Shown: in pieces, positions 62,401-64,000 of the stretch
How the letters are laid out: each line of letters opens with the position of its first letter
How positions within the stretch are numbered: the stretch's first letter is position 1
Assembly (NCBI RefSeq): GCF_006345805.1
Contig: NC_042999.1
Location: 620,001-684,000 of the forward strand
Direction of reading: 5' to 3'
Source of the DNA: Octopus sinensis
Lineage: Eukaryota
Length of the DNA stretch: 64,000 bases
Notes under the pieces: model-generated
The model's input: the letters and a program-made list of their open reading frames with translations, nothing else
What the model was told of the DNA's origin: nothing
Databases searched by the model: none
Position numbers and translations under genes: made by a program

Positions 62401-62487
62401 TTGGAGGCACATGGCCTAGTGGTTAGAGCAGCGGACTCGCGAGCAAGGGATTGCGGGTTCGAATCTCAGACCGAACGATGTGTGTGT
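62401..62487 (+). mobile_element. SINE family C head only
   Basis: TGGCCTAGTGG / GGGTTCGAATC boxes and GGACTCGCG. Confidence 0.7.
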
Positions 62488-62700
62488 AACAAGTGGTTTA
62501 GTTTTCCCTTATCTCTATCCAGATCATATCCCAACTTTGTTATCTGTAGTATTTCACTGAAGGAGATCATTCCCAGTACGAATATTAGTGGGGACACACT
62601 GTCCCCTGGGAGATTCCTCCCTTTTTTTAACCTCGTCTAGTACTTGCTTCCCTGCTGTCAATTCCGTTCCGCAGTATTTCATGCTATTCCATAAAACTCT
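62488..62700 (-). pseudogene. R4-clade RT fragment not shown in the ORF track
   Basis: Hand translation with one frameshift: NSMKY..TELTAGKQVLDEVK..RGISQGDSVSPLIFVLGMI..SEILQ..GYDL..KLNHLL, ending just before the YMDD motif. Confidence 0.7.
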
Positions 62701-62749
62701 CCTTCTTCTTCTTCTTCTTCTTCTTCTTCTTCTTCTTCTATTATTATTA

Positions 62750-62812
<63 letters not shown>

Positions 62813-62815
<3 letters not shown>

Positions 62816-63107
62816 TAGCCTTATTTTTATCACGTGCTTTCACTGCACTACTGAGCGTAGCTCTATGTGCCTTGGGTATGTGCTGTATTTTGTTGTGGCG
62901 CTCTTATTTTCACTGTACTGAAAGTGTTATACGTAGGATGTGGGCAGTGCTCAGTAGTGCAATTTTCTGTATATTATATATATTTGTAAGCCCTGGTGAT
63001 TTTGTTATGAATTTGTCTGAATAATTTTCATCACAACTAACGCGCCTACTATAATAGGAATTGTTTCTGCTTCTAGGCTCCAAATTCTAGTTACTTCTGT
63101 TTCCAGA
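62813..63107 (-). mobile_element. 5'-truncated copy of the R4/Dong family at 48930
   Basis: 3' UTR and last codons match 48930-49220; same ..CTACTG(AAT)n end. Confidence 0.85.
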
Positions 63108-63147
63108 TTATTATTATCAATGTTGTTGTTATCGTTGTTGCTTTTGT

Positions 63148-63195
<48 letters not shown>

Positions 63196-63529
63196 TATTA
63201 TTATTATTATTATTATTATTATTGTTCTTATCGTGTTTTATCTGGTCCAGGATTAGAAACGGAATTTGTTCCTTCTATAAAAAAGAGAAAAAAAAAACCC
63301 ATTTAATTTGTTATTCATATTTGTTCTTACTTCGAATTAACAAATTTCCGGGGCCAAATACATTAATGTCTACACATCTTAACTCGATCATGTTCCAATC
63401 CACTGGCAAAATGTCATAGCCTCATAGCTGGCACTGAATGTGTTCTTGCTATTGCGAAGACTTCTCTGTCAAAATTTTCACTTTCAATTCTCTTTCGGGC
63501 ACGTTCAGTGTCAGTCTCGACTATGCTCC

Positions 63530-63535
63530 AATCTC

Positions 63536-63566
<31 letters not shown>

Positions 63567-63885
63567 CTCTCTCTCCTCTCTATATATATATATATATTAT
63601 ATATATATATATATATACGTGTGTGTGGTGTGTATGTGTGTGTGTATGTGTGTGTGTGCGGGTGTGTGTATGTATGTATGTGTGTGTGTGGTGTGTGTGG
63701 TATATGTATATGCATATACATATATATATATGTATATATATAAACATATATATTCCTAATATATATATATATACATATATACATGCATATGTATATATGT
63801 ATATACATATATATATATGTGTGTGTGTATGTATATACATATATATATATATATATATACACATATATATATACACATATATATA
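63530..63885. repeat. Microsatellite field (CT, TA, TG)
   Basis: Directly visible. Confidence 0.9.
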
Positions 63886-64000
63886 TGATAATGATGATGA
63901 TGATAATGATGAGGATGATTTCTATGATGATGTTTATAACAATGGCGATGATGATGAGGATGATTACGACGACGATGATTGGGGGGGGGGTTAAGTGTTG

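Overview
AT-rich, repeat-saturated eukaryotic non-coding DNA. It is most likely cephalopod (Octopus-like); this is inferred from the tRNA-derived SINE families and microsatellite density and was not checked by search. I can support no intact host gene, true tRNA gene or CRISPR array, and most ORFs in the track are microsatellite or SINE artefacts. The window holds about 40 SINE copies with at least five different heads, and relics of CR1-like, RTE and R4/Dong LINEs. It also holds a full-length decayed Tc1 element, several MITEs, minisatellites and a 5S rRNA-derived copy. The main signal is a cluster of type I hammerhead ribozyme (HHR) motifs at about 17-36 kb, from five unrelated Penelope-type repeat families. 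Four of these families keep the catalytic core and have four different palindromic stem-III octamers. One sits in each unit of a 604-bp tandem dimer (retrozyme/circRNA-like), and one sits in the 755-bp inverted arms of a GIY-YIG Penelope-like element. All folds were done by eye, SINE family labels A-E and repeat label F are my own, and coordinates of old repeats are approximate (about 10 bp).
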